Source: Chthoniobacterales bacterium
GTDB lineage: Bacteria > Verrucomicrobiota > Verrucomicrobiia > Chthoniobacterales > UBA10450
DNA: 64,000 nt
NCBI GenBank assembly: GCA_013815325.1
Contig: JACDGM010000003.1
Span: forward strand, 12,375 to 76,374
Direction: 5' to 3'
Shown: positions 11,486 through 20,160 of the stretch, piece by piece
How the letters are laid out: every line of letters starts with the position of its first letter
Numbering within the stretch: position 1 is the first letter of the stretch
Notes under the pieces: generated by a model
The model's input: only the letters and a program-made list of their open reading frames with translations
The model's database searches: none
Told to the model about the DNA's origin: nothing
Position numbers and translations under genes: made by a program

Positions 11486-12094
11486 CTAACGATCTTCTTC
11501 CGGTAGTCTTGGGCGCGCTTCCTCAATCAACTTCCGACTCTCCGCGTCGGACAAGTAGCGGATTTGGATCACGGGTGCGGCGACAGGGTTTAGCGGCGCG
11601 CCATCCCGGCCGGTTATCTCCGAGCGGTTGACCGGCATCCCGAGGCTCAGCCGGGCGAGTGAATCGCCGATCTGAAGCATGCGTACGGCATCTCCAAAGC
11701 CCCAGCGGGCGGGTTCGCGAATGATATTCTTTCCATCCTCGCTGACTGACTCAGTTTCCAGCGGAAGGCGAGCATCTCGCGGGCCTTGGCCGCGAGGGCG
11801 AGAAACATTTGCCAGGATGTTTCCTCGACTTCGCCCTTCCGCCGTTCGCGCTCCAAGGCGAGGGCTGTTTTTGCAGCCAGGTCCGCTTCCACTGACCGCT
11901 CGTGCTCCGTGAGCTGCCATGTCCGCACGCGGGCCTTCCAGCGAAACCGTACTCCAGAGCCGCGTCATTCTGACAGTCGTCTGGCACTGTTTTGCCACTG
12001 CAGCATGAGAACGCTTTTCGCGCATTTCAGCGAAAGTGCGGAACGCAGAGTAGGCGACTGCGCTCTCGTTAGGTAATCGTGTTGTTGCGATCAT
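11486..12094 (-). pseudogene. Phage-like DNA-binding / small-terminase-like protein, apparently with two compensating frameshifts
   Basis: The N-terminus (SAVAYSAFRTFAEMREKRSHAAVAKQ...RLWS) and C-terminus (PLETESVSEDGKNIIREPARWGFGDAVRMLQIGDSLARLSLGMPV...) look protein-like. The middle of this frame is Arg/Gly/Pro junk. The overlapping frame (11647..11928) reads a plausible coiled coil (WQLTEHERSVEADLAAKTALALERERRKGEVEE...). Confidence 0.4.
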
Positions 12095-12142
12095 TGAGTC
12101 AAATTCGCGACGTGTTGCCGCGCGCGCGTTTTGTCACTATTG

Positions 12143-12977
12143 TCAGGTAAGTGTTGCATTCGTTAGGCCCTTGCTAGCGATTGAGAAGTTGCTCCGGCCG
12201 ATCCGCCGTTTGCGCAGAATTTCCGCCTCGGATTCGGCGAGCGCTTTTAATTCGTCCGCGCACCAAAGCTTTTCCAGCTCGGCCGTTTCGCGAACCAGCG
12301 TCCGAAGTTCCGGCGCGTTTTTGGCGATCTGGCCGAGATCCGTTAAGTTACCTTCGCCCTGCCACGGCAGCGTGATCGGCTCGTCGGCTTCGCGTTTGAA
12401 AAAAGCGGTGGCTGCCGGATGATTTTCTTTAATGAAATCGTGCTCTGGCGGCTAGGTCGTTACTGTGAAAGGGGTTGCTCCGATGCTCCTTCTCGCCGTA
12501 GGTCAAGCCGCGCAGTGTGGCGCGCGATTCCGCTTCCTCGCGTTGTTGACGAAGGTAGCTGTGCGAGATGCCATTCGCAGTGGCCTTCAGATAGGCCGCT
12601 AACTCCGGCTCGTTATCGCTCAGCCACATTTGCTCGGTCAGGTTGATTGAGTCTTTCGCCCAGGGATTTTTCGGTGCAACGTCAGTTATGGGGTCGCGCC
12701 AAAGTTGAGCGAGCTTCAGTTCATCGGCTGGTCGCTCCTGCCGCAAAGACGGGACATATTTCCTCAGCTCCTTCAGAAGCTCGACCGCTTTTGCAGGCTC
12801 GAAGGTTAAGCCTTCGGCTGCGTGTTTGCGCTGCCAAGTAGCGATGAGCGCGGCAAGGCCGGTTAGCTCCTTGTCACTTATGGCGTAGTGGCGCAGGCCA
12901 TGGACTTGCCGGATGAGTTCGAGAGCGTGTTTTGTGCAACGGTCGCACATCGCGAGTTCTGCTGGATCAGGTGTCAT
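12143..12977 (-). pseudogene. Hypothetical island protein, one frameshift near 12430-12450
   Basis: ORF 12429..12977 has a perfect AAGGAG Shine-Dalgarno 7 nt upstream of the ATG at 12977. A further ~95 codons without a start codon (PPEHDFIKENHPAATAFFKREADEPITLPWQGEGNLTDLGQIAKNAPELRTLVRETAELEKLW...) continue in the next frame down to TGA at 12143. Confidence 0.45.
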
Positions 12978-13026
12978 TGGGTATCTCCTTTGGTTAGTGG
13001 GTTTGGTTAGTTGGTTTTTCCGCTCG

Positions 13027-13113
13027 GCGGAATTTTTCCACTTCCACGCCCTTAAAGGGGCGCGTGGAAAAGTGGAATTCCGCTTTCATTTCCACGGAGA
13101 ATTCCGCGTGGAA
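13027..13113. promoter_or_regulatory. Iteron/operator-like cluster of six TTCCAC(G) sites inside an imperfect about-57-nt palindrome
   Basis: TTCCAC at 13036; TTCCACG at 13042 and 13090. The inverted form CGTGGAA is at 13063 and 13107, and GTGGAA at 13072. GGAATTCCGC occurs twice. The palindrome GCGGAATTTTTCCACTTCCACGCCCTTAAAGGGGCGCGTGGAAAAGTGGAATTCCGC spans 13027-13083. It lies between the ATPase pseudogene stop (13117) and the next gene start (12977). Confidence 0.5.
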
Positions 13114-13116
13114 AAT

Positions 13117-14583
13117 TCAGGCTTTCGCATAAGTTTTTGTCCTCCGGTTAAGAGTGAGAATCCGGCGTTTGACCGCTTCCGCGACCAGTTCGTAAGCACG
13201 CGAAAAACCGCACCCGGTTTCCTCGCCAATTAGCTTCACAACGGCTTTTTTCGGCAAGGCGGCTTCCGGGAAGTCCAAATCACGAATCAATCCCGCGTCA
13301 AAACCGGGGCGCTGCGGCTTGCCGCTGGCGAGCTGCTCACGCCAACTGGACACGTCGAAGTCGGGCGCGACTTCGTAAATCATGGTTTCAGGATTAAGCC
13401 GCACGGCCACGGGAACGAACTCGGGGCCGTTCGAGTTTTTGCCACAGGTGAGCACGAGAGTTTCGTTATCGTTCGCCGAGCCAGGAACGATGTTGATGAG
13501 TCCGCGCGTCCAGGTTTGGAGCATCTTCGAGTTGCGTGCGAAGCCGGTGCGTTCCAGTCCGAACGCTTTGACCGCTCCCGCTCGGGCCGGTGAGCGCATG
13601 GTGAAGAATTACAAGCGCCCGGTCAGGATTTCCGGCTTTGGAGATACGACCAAGCTCGCGCACCGTTGCCGCCATGTCCGCGTCACTGTTTAGATCGCCT
13701 ATGGTGAAGTCACGCAGAGGATCGATGCCTACAATGCCTGGGTCGTATTTCCGAATCGCCGTTTCAAGTCGGTTTGCGGCTTGCGGGTCGCCTAACGAAA
13801 GCAAGAGGTCGGCATCGGTTTCGAGAGTGTGGATGAGGAGGTTTTTTTCGACCAGTGGCCAGTCGTCCCCCGCAAAATCACGCAGCTTGCTCAGGTCGTC
13901 CTGTAGCCGGGAAAGGTTGTTTTCGGTTTGCAGAAAAAGGCAGCGTGTCCCGCGCCCGTGCGTTGGGAAGCCGCACCAATCGCGTCCGATAATGAGGGCG
14001 ACGAAAACTGGAGCAGGAGGCGCGTCTTTCCGATCCCGCCGACCCCGGCAATCACAAGCGCTTGACCTAGCGCAAGGAGCCAGGCGCCTAACAGGCAGGA
14101 GTTTTCCGCCACCGGCATGGCAAGCACTTCGGCAGCGGTGCGCACTGCAAACTCCGATGGCGGCTCCGAGTCACGGAGGCGCGCCACTGCTTCCTTGCCT
14201 GAGATTCTGTTTTCTAACAGAGCCTTACCGATTTCGCTTTCGCGGCGGGCGCGCGAAGCAGCGAGCACTTCGTCCACCGCGTATTGCAGGCTGGAGGGGC
14301 CGATGCAATCGCCACCGAGACTGTAAACCTCAGTCAATCCTGATTTGCCGCCGACTGGCTCATATTGGCCGCGTCGCTTCAATTCGCCTTGCACCGGAAG
14401 CAAATCTGGATTCGAGACCGCCCGTATTGCCTCGAAAATCATCCGATTTGTCGGGGAGGAAAAATCGTCAGGCTCAAGGTTCGGACACGGCTCGCCTCGC
14501 ATCATGAACGAGAGAATGGTTTTCTCGTGCCCATCAGTCATGGTCGGGTCTGATTGTGCCGGTGCGCGAGAGACTGCCTGCAA
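13117..14583 (-). pseudogene. DnaB-N-terminal-like + RepA/AAA_25-type P-loop ATPase (island replication/primase-helicase type), in three pieces
   Basis: Three same-strand ORFs cover it: 13891..14583 (FSSPTNRMIFEAIRAV..., P-loop VIAGVGGIGKTRLLLQ), 13466..13804 (IVGIDPLRDFTIGDLNSDADMAATVRELGRISKAGNPDRALVILHH) and 13117..13599. Pieces 1 and 3 share a frame and piece 2 does not, so there are two compensating shifts. Confidence 0.55.
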
Positions 14584-14621
14584 GTTTCCGTTCGGCTCGT
14601 TAGGCTAACCATTCGGTTTCG

Positions 14622-14856
14622 TTAGGCGCTCATCCCCATTTGTGACCGCAGGAACTCGCGGACCGACTCCATTTCGATCAGCCTGATTCCGCAGCGTGCA
14701 CCCTTTTTCTTGACGGTCACCGCCCGAATCTTTCCCGCCGCGATCAACTCGTAGGCGAAACTTCGCTTGATTGAAAAGCTCGAATTCGTGAGAATTGTTG
14801 ATCTGCTTTATCAACGCGGCGCTGGCTGAAGTGTCCATATGCACAAGAGGGCGCAC
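14622..14856 (-). pseudogene. Excisionase-family helix-turn-helix protein remnant (frameshifted)
   Basis: The start-less frame 14622..14807 reads ...SIKRSFAYELIAAGKIRAVTVKKKGARCGIRLIEMESVREFLRSQMGMSA*, an HTH_17/excisionase pattern. The only ATG (14856) is in another frame (MDTSASAALIKQINNSHEF...). The stop TAA lies inside a copy of the genome word. Confidence 0.4.
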
Positions 14857-14983
14857 GGATTCGGCGAGACATAAGGCTATAAAACTCCGCCCGCGTCCGA
14901 AGTGGCGACACGGGCGAATACAGGCGCACCTGTTATGCAGAGGTGTTATGCAATCTGCCTAGCTTCCCTCGTGCTAGAGGGAC

Positions 14984-15071
14984 CGGTGAGGGAGGGATTC
15001 GAACCCTCGGTACCCTTTTGGGGTACGGCGCTTTAGCAAAGCGCTGCTTTCGACCACTCAGCCACCTCACC
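14984..15071 (-). tRNA. tRNA-Ser (anticodon GCU), CCA not encoded
   Basis: The reverse complement folds by hand. Acceptor GGTGAGG/CCTCACC with discriminator G; anticodon stem GCGCT/AGCGC with loop TTGCTAA (anticodon GCT); long variable arm GTACCC/GGGTAC; T arm GAGGG-TTCGAAT-CCCTC. Length 88 nt. Confidence 0.92.
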
Positions 15072-15139
15072 TATCTTGCCGTCGAAGTTGCGAGAATATC
15101 GGGATCGCTCCATGCTCGTCAACCTGTCGCCACACGGTC

Positions 15140-15484
15140 ATGCGCTTCCCTTCGCACCTTCCACGTTTTCGCCTAACGATCCTTGGTAGTGGCTCCTGCT
15201 TCTTCCTTTTTTGCGGGTGCGCAGCGCCCGCGCGGCCGGCGAAGCCGCCTCCGATCGTCCACCCGATCGTCGGCGAGATTGCGATCGTGGATGAAGAGGA
15301 GCGTTTCGTCCTGATCGATCTCGGTTCCAATCTCTATGTCCCGGAGCCGGGCGCGCTTCTGCGCTCCACCAATCGGGCCGGCGGGACCGCTCATCTAAAA
15401 GCATCGCTGGAACAAAAACGGCCATTTGTCGCGGCCGACATCATCGACGGCAAGCCGGCGGTGGGCGATGAAGTGGTGCGATGA
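15140..15484 (+). CDS. Small hypothetical protein, possibly a lipoprotein
   Basis: The hydrophobic N-terminus ends in ...FFLFCGC (weak lipobox). Its stop overlaps the moeA start (ATGA), suggesting coupling. No family recognised. Confidence 0.45.
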   Translation: MRFPSHLPRFRLTILGSGSCFFLFCGCAAPARPAKPPPIVHPIVGEIAIVDEEERFVLIDLGSNLYVPEPGALLRSTNRAGGTAHLKASLEQKRPFVAADIIDGKPAVGDEVVR

Positions 15485-16662
15485 CGAGCGAGACGGAAGC
15501 GATCGCGGCGGTCCTCGCGCGGGTGCAGTTGCTGCCGGGCGCGCGGGTGCCGCTCATCGAGTCGTTAGGCCGATTTTCCGCGCACGATCTTTGGGCTCAG
15601 AGAGCGCTGCCGCCCTTCGATAATTCCGCCATGGATGGCTACGCCGTGCAGGCGAAGTCATGCCGCGGCGGAGCACGCTTGCGGGTTATCGGCGAACAAC
15701 CAGCCGGGGTCGATCGCGGCCTAACGATGGGAGCGGCCGAGGCGATCCGCATTTTCACGGGGGCGCGGCTCCCGGCCGGAGCCGATGCGGTCATCATGCA
15801 GGAGGAGGTGATGCGCGAAGGTGACGTGATCGTGGCCCGATGCGACGTGGAATCTGGAGAGTTCATCCGGCGACAGGGTTGCGATCTCGCCGCAGGGCAG
15901 AAGATTCTCGCCGGCGGCGACCAGATCGTGGCGCAGAACATCGGGCTGCTCGCTGCGCAAGGAATGGCGGAGATCGACGTGGGCGCGCTCCCCCGAGTCG
16001 CAATCGTCTCCACCGGAGATGAGCTGGCGCGGGCGGGAGCAATACCGCTGCCTGGGCAGGTCTTTGAGAGCAACTCGGTGATGCTGCACGCCCTTGCGCT
16101 CGGCGCCAGTGCGAAGGTTGTCATGGTCGAGCAGGCGCCCGACGCGCTCGAGCAGTTGACGGAAACTCTCCGCCACGGTTTGGAATGCGATGCCTTGATC
16201 GTGAGCGGCGGCGTTTCCGTCGGCGAGCACGATCTGGTGCGGCCGTCGTTAGGCGCACTCGGCGCGGAGATCGCTCTTTGGCGAGTGGCAATAAAGCCGG
16301 GAAAGCCCTTCCTCTTCGGCCGTGCGCATGGCTGCTCCATTTTTGGGCTCCCGGGAAATCCTGTTTCGGCTTTTGTCACATTTCTGAAGTTCGTTAGGCC
16401 GGCGCTGCGGAAGATGGCGGGCGCGTCGGGGGAAAACCTCGGCCTGCGCGCGGTGCCGGCGCAGATCGCGAGCGATCTTAGCAATGCGGGCGATCGCTCC
16501 CATTATTTTCGCGGAATCCTGCGGGAGGGCCAATTCATACCTAGCGGTCTTCAGGAATCGCATGCGCTTTTCGGCCTGAGCCGCGCCAATGCGCTCTTGC
16601 GCCTGGCCCCCGGTGACCAACTATTGCGAGGCGCGCCGGTCATGATTGAGACTTGGGATTAA
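15481..16662 (+). CDS. moeA: Molybdopterin molybdotransferase
   Basis: MoeA motifs LPPFDNSAMDGYAV, GGVSVGEHD and LPGNPVSAFV; 393 aa. Confidence 0.9.
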   Translation: MTSETEAIAAVLARVQLLPGARVPLIESLGRFSAHDLWAQRALPPFDNSAMDGYAVQAKSCRGGARLRVIGEQPAGVDRGLTMGAAEAIRIFTGARLPAGADAVIMQEEVMREGDVIVARCDVESGEFIRRQGCDLAAGQKILAGGDQIVAQNIGLLAAQGMAEIDVGALPRVAIVSTGDELARAGAIPLPGQVFESNSVMLHALALGASAKVVMVEQAPDALEQLTETLRHGLECDALIVSGGVSVGEHDLVRPSLGALGAEIALWRVAIKPGKPFLFGRAHGCSIFGLPGNPVSAFVTFLKFVRPALRKMAGASGENLGLRAVPAQIASDLSNAGDRSHYFRGILREGQFIPSGLQESHALFGLSRANALLRLAPGDQLLRGAPVMIETWD

Positions 16663-16778
16663 TCGTCGCTCCGCGGGAAAAAGAAACACGCGGGCGCGAG
16701 GCGCAATGCGTTTCTATAAAGTCGGCGGCTCCCCGGATGGCGCCGCTGGTGTTACAAACTCAACCAAAAGGAAATATC

Positions 16779-17327
16779 ATGAAATTAGACTCACTTCGCA
16801 CATTATGGATCGAAGAGATGCGCGATCTCTACAACGCGGAGAACCAGCTCCTCAAAGCCTTGCCCAAGATGGCCAAAAAAGCGGCCGCGCCCGAATTGAA
16901 GCAAGCCTTCCAAAGCCATCTCGAGGAAACTAAAACCCACGTCGAACGACTCGACCAAATCTTCGATACCCTCGGCAAGAAACCGACCGGCAAAACCTGC
17001 AAAGCCATGAAAGGCTTGGTCGAAGAAGGCTCCGAGATGATGCAGGAAACCGGTCCCTCCTCCGTGATCGACGCCGGCATCATCGCCGCGGGTCAGCGGG
17101 TTGAGCATTACGAGATGGCCGGCTACGGCGTCGTCCGCACTTTTGCCTCGATCCTCGGTGAGGACGAAGCGGAGGGTCTTCTCCAGGAGACGCTCGACGA
17201 AGAAGCTGCTGCCGATGAGAAACTGACCGAGATCGCCGAGAGCACGGTCAACGACGAAGCGGACAACGAAGCCGGCAACGAAGAGGACTCGCCGATGGCG
17301 GCCAAGCAGTCGCGCGGTCGTCGTTAG
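16779..17327 (+). CDS. Ferritin-like DUF892 (YciE/YciF family) stress protein
   Basis: MKLDSLRTLWIEEMRDLYNAENQLLKALPKMAKKA...HLEETKTHVERLDQIF. An AAAGGAAA Shine-Dalgarno lies just upstream of the ATG at 16779. I shortened it from track ORF 16653 on that basis. It has an acidic tail. Confidence 0.8.
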   Translation: MKLDSLRTLWIEEMRDLYNAENQLLKALPKMAKKAAAPELKQAFQSHLEETKTHVERLDQIFDTLGKKPTGKTCKAMKGLVEEGSEMMQETGPSSVIDAGIIAAGQRVEHYEMAGYGVVRTFASILGEDEAEGLLQETLDEEAAADEKLTEIAESTVNDEADNEAGNEEDSPMAAKQSRGRR

Positions 17328-17355
17328 GCACCTTCCCTACAAGCGAAAGAAATTC

Positions 17356-17395
17356 GCCACCGCGATCCGCGCGATCACGGTGGCGTTTTCGTTTT
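17356..17395 (+). terminator. Probable intrinsic terminator
   Basis: Hairpin GCCACCGCGATC-CGC-GATCACGGTGGC (one mismatch) followed by GTTTTCGTTTT. Confidence 0.55.
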
Positions 17396-17417
17396 CCGGA
17401 TGGGAACGTAGCGGCAC

Positions 17418-19064
17418 ATGGGGCTTTCAGAATACAAGAAAAAGCGGGATTTCTCCGTCACGGCCGAACCGTCTGGCGCTAAAAAACCGCGGCCTAAAGC
17501 CGTCGCCGGCGCCTCCCGTTTTGTCATTCAAAAACATGACGCGAGCCGGCTGCATTACGATTTCCGGCTGGAAATGGACGGCGTCCTGAAATCGTGGGCG
17601 GTGCCGAAGGGCCTACCGTGGGAGCGCGGCGAAAAACATCTCGCGGTCGAGGTCGAGGATCACCCGATCGAGTACGAAGATTTCGAAGGCATCATCCCGG
17701 CGGGAAACTACGGCGGCGGCACGGTCATGGTCTGGGACCGCGGCAATTATTTCGTGCACGGCGAAAAGCCGCTCGAAGCGCTGGCCGCCGGCCGGCTGCA
17801 CATGGTGCTCGAAGGGACCAAAGCAAAGGGAGATTGGGCGCTCATCCGCACTCGCAGCGACGGAGGCAAAAACCAATGGCTCCTTTTAAAGAGCGACGCC
17901 GAGGTCAAGCCGATCTCGAAGAAACGCGATGACGAATCGGCCGTGACCGGACGGACGATGAAGCAGATCGCGCAAGATCGCGACGCCGAATGGGAATCAA
18001 ATCGCGGCGACGACAAAAAGAAACCGAAGCAGGCCGCCCAGCCGACGATCGCCGCACCGCTGCTCCCAGCCGCCTTGCCCGCCGGCAAACCGCGCTTTAT
18101 TGCGCCGATGAAGCCGCAACTGCGCGAGACGGCGCCGGCGCAGGGCGGCTGGATTTACGAGCTGAAGTTCGACGGCATTCGCGCGCTCGCCATCAAGCAA
18201 GGTGGGAAAGCAAAGTTGATTTCGCGGAACGAAAACGACCTAACGAAAAGGTTCGAAGAAGTCACCGGCGCCGTGGCCGCGCTCCCGGGGAAAGATTTCG
18301 TGCTCGATGGCGAAGTGGTGGCGCTCGACGAGGCGGGCCGATCCTCTTTTCAGCTTCTTCAGGCGCGCGAGATGGAAGGCCGGCGAACGCCTCTCTACTA
18401 TTACCTCTTCGATCTTCTCCAGCTCGAGGGCAAAGACCTGAGCGGCCTTCCCCTAACGACTCGCAAGGAAGCGCTCCAACAACTTTGCGAAGGCGCGGCC
18501 GATCCGATCCGTTACTCGGATCAGCTCGGTGACAATCCCGGGAAACTCCTCCAGGAAGTGAAGCGGATGGGACTGGAAGGACTCATCGGCAAACTCGCCG
18601 ACTCCGTTTACGAGCCGGGGCGGCGGAGCGGCGCGTGGATCAAGCTCAAGTGCGTGGCCGAGCAGGAATTTGTCATCGGCGGTTACACCCCGCCCGCGGG
18701 ATCGCGCAAGCACTTCGGCGCACTGCTCGTCGGCTACTACGAAAAGAAAAAGCTGCTTTTCGCCGGCAAAGTCGGAACCGGCTTCGACACAAAACTGCTC
18801 GCCGCGCTGCACAAGAAATTCGAGGAGGAGGCGCGGGAGGATTGTCCCTTCGCTGATCTCCCCTCGAAAGAGGGAGGCAAATGGGTGTTCGGGATTACCC
18901 CGGTGATGATGCGGAAATGCCATTGGGTGAATCCCGTCTTTGTTGCCCAGGTGAAATTCGCGGAGTGGACGCGCGACGCGAAATTGCGGCAACCGGTTTT
19001 TCTCGGTTCGCGCGAGGATAAAGACGCGAAGCATGTAGAGCGCGAGACGGCCAACTCCGGGTAG
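17418..19064 (+). CDS. ligD: ATP-dependent DNA ligase LigD (phosphoesterase + ligase domains, no polymerase domain)
   Basis: A PE module (RFVIQKHDASRLHYDFRLE...LKSWAVPKG) is fused to a ligase core with adenylation motif YELKFDGIRAL. The stop TAG lies in the arm of the palindromic element at 19056. Confidence 0.85.
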   Translation: MGLSEYKKKRDFSVTAEPSGAKKPRPKAVAGASRFVIQKHDASRLHYDFRLEMDGVLKSWAVPKGLPWERGEKHLAVEVEDHPIEYEDFEGIIPAGNYGGGTVMVWDRGNYFVHGEKPLEALAAGRLHMVLEGTKAKGDWALIRTRSDGGKNQWLLLKSDAEVKPISKKRDDESAVTGRTMKQIAQDRDAEWESNRGDDKKKPKQAAQPTIAAPLLPAALPAGKPRFIAPMKPQLRETAPAQGGWIYELKFDGIRALAIKQGGKAKLISRNENDLTKRFEEVTGAVAALPGKDFVLDGEVVALDEAGRSSFQLLQAREMEGRRTPLYYYLFDLLQLEGKDLSGLPLTTRKEALQQLCEGAADPIRYSDQLGDNPGKLLQEVKRMGLEGLIGKLADSVYEPGRRSGAWIKLKCVAEQEFVIGGYTPPAGSRKHFGALLVGYYEKKKLLFAGKVGTGFDTKLLAALHKKFEEEAREDCPFADLPSKEGGKWVFGITPVMMRKCHWVNPVFVAQVKFAEWTRDAKLRQPVFLGSREDKDAKHVERETANSG

Positions 19065-19209
19065 CGCATGCGTCTCGCGTGCTGGTTGCAGTGTTCCACC
19101 GCAACGAACTTTCTTCCCGGTCTGCCGCGTCAGAAAACTCCGGCCCTCAAGGAAAGTTCGCGACGGCGGAACGCCTTCGCCAGCACGCGAGACGCATGCG
19201 CTACCCGGA
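19056..19209. repeat. About-154-nt palindromic (MITE/REP-like) element, family 1, complete copy
   Basis: The arms TCCGGGTAGCGCATGCGTCTCGCGTGCTGG (19056-19085) and its exact reverse complement (19180-19209) are 30 nt. Pairing continues imperfectly inward (...CGAACTTTC / GAAAGTTCG...). Confidence 0.85.
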
Positions 19210-20160
19210 CGAATCTCGCCTCGCGCCGAGGCGTTGAAAGAGGGCCCGTAAAGCGATCGGCGAGGCGGATGCCAGCAAACCCGCTGCCAGAATCCGCCGC
19301 ACTTCTTCTCTTGCAACCTTGATTTTTTGCAACCGCGACTCGTTCCCGGATTCCCGCAAGAGTGCGATTGTGCGCGCGCCGATCAAGGCCGGAAGCGCGG
19401 TGGCGAAGCGCATTCGCCAGTTCGTCAGGGCAGAGCAATAGGTGATGCCCGCGCCGATCTGTTTCTCGGCTTTCGCCAGCCAGCGGGAGAAGACTTCGGC
19501 GCCAGGTGCGGCCGCCAATTCCTCCTCTGGCAGGTAACTACGACCGGCCCGCCGGTCCGCGCCGCTGTCGCGTAAGACATTGACCAGCTGCAAACCCTTT
19601 CCGTACTCAATTCCGAGCGCCGCCATCTCGTTAGGCAAGCGACTGGCAAAAGGGTCGAGATGACGGAAACCGAGCTTCGTCCAGAATTCGCCGACGCAGC
19701 CAGCCACGAGGTAAGTGTATTCATCAAGGTCTCCGGCCGTCCGCAGGGAGACGACTGCGATCGTATCGCCGAAGCGTTGCACATCCAACTCCTGTCCCCT
19801 AACAATGGTCGCAAGCACCTCACGGATATCGGCGCGATCGGCTGGTTTCATTTTCGCGAGTTGATGCACGCAGCGCGGCAGATTCTCGATCAGCCTGCGC
19901 TCGGAAGCGTTGCGCTGATGCGCGGCAAAATCCCGCAGCGGCTCGGCAACCGCGGCGAAATCTTCTTCCCCCGCAAGCACTCGTGCCAGCAGTTGCAGAG
20001 TCGTTAGGCGAGTCGCGGCCGGGATCTCTGCCGTGTCCGCGATGGTGTCGGTAGCGCGCGCGAGCAGGTAGGCGAGGCTGATCGGCTCGCGCAACGGCCG
20101 CGGCAGAAAACGGATGGTCAGGTAAAACGATCGCGAAACCGATTTGAGGATCGCCTTCAC
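19201..20160 (-). CDS. Squalene/phytoene synthase family protein
   Basis: SRSFYLTIRFLPRPLREPISLAYLLARATDTIADT and YTYLVAGCVGEFW resemble head-to-head isoprenoid synthases. The substrate cannot be assigned. Confidence 0.65.
   Translation of the reverse strand: MKAILKSVSRSFYLTIRFLPRPLREPISLAYLLARATDTIADTAEIPAATRLTTLQLLARVLAGEEDFAAVAEPLRDFAAHQRNASERRLIENLPRCVHQLAKMKPADRADIREVLATIVRGQELDVQRFGDTIAVVSLRTAGDLDEYTYLVAGCVGEFWTKLGFRHLDPFASRLPNEMAALGIEYGKGLQLVNVLRDSGADRRAGRSYLPEEELAAAPGAEVFSRWLAKAEKQIGAGITYCSALTNWRMRFATALPALIGARTIALLRESGNESRLQKIKVAREEVRRILAAGLLASASPIALRALFQRLGARRDSSG

Larger units (their letters stand above)
5401..14983. mobile_element. Decayed tRNA-Ser-associated integrative island (about 9.6 kb), possibly composite
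   Basis: It is bounded by a 14-nt direct repeat of the tRNA-Ser 3' end (5387-5400 = 14984-14997). It contains an integrase C-terminal stump, an excisionase-type HTH remnant, a RepA/DnaB-type ATPase in three pieces and other frameshifted phage-like ORFs. It also carries two surface-protein genes of lower GC. The left half lacks the 9-mer genome word. Confidence 0.5.

Noticed and set aside
13638-14507. 289-aa ORF on the plus strand inside the island
   Set aside because: It is antisense to the DnaB-N/RepA-type ATPase fragments, which carry a P-loop and family-typical blocks. The translation is Arg/Ser/Pro-rich.
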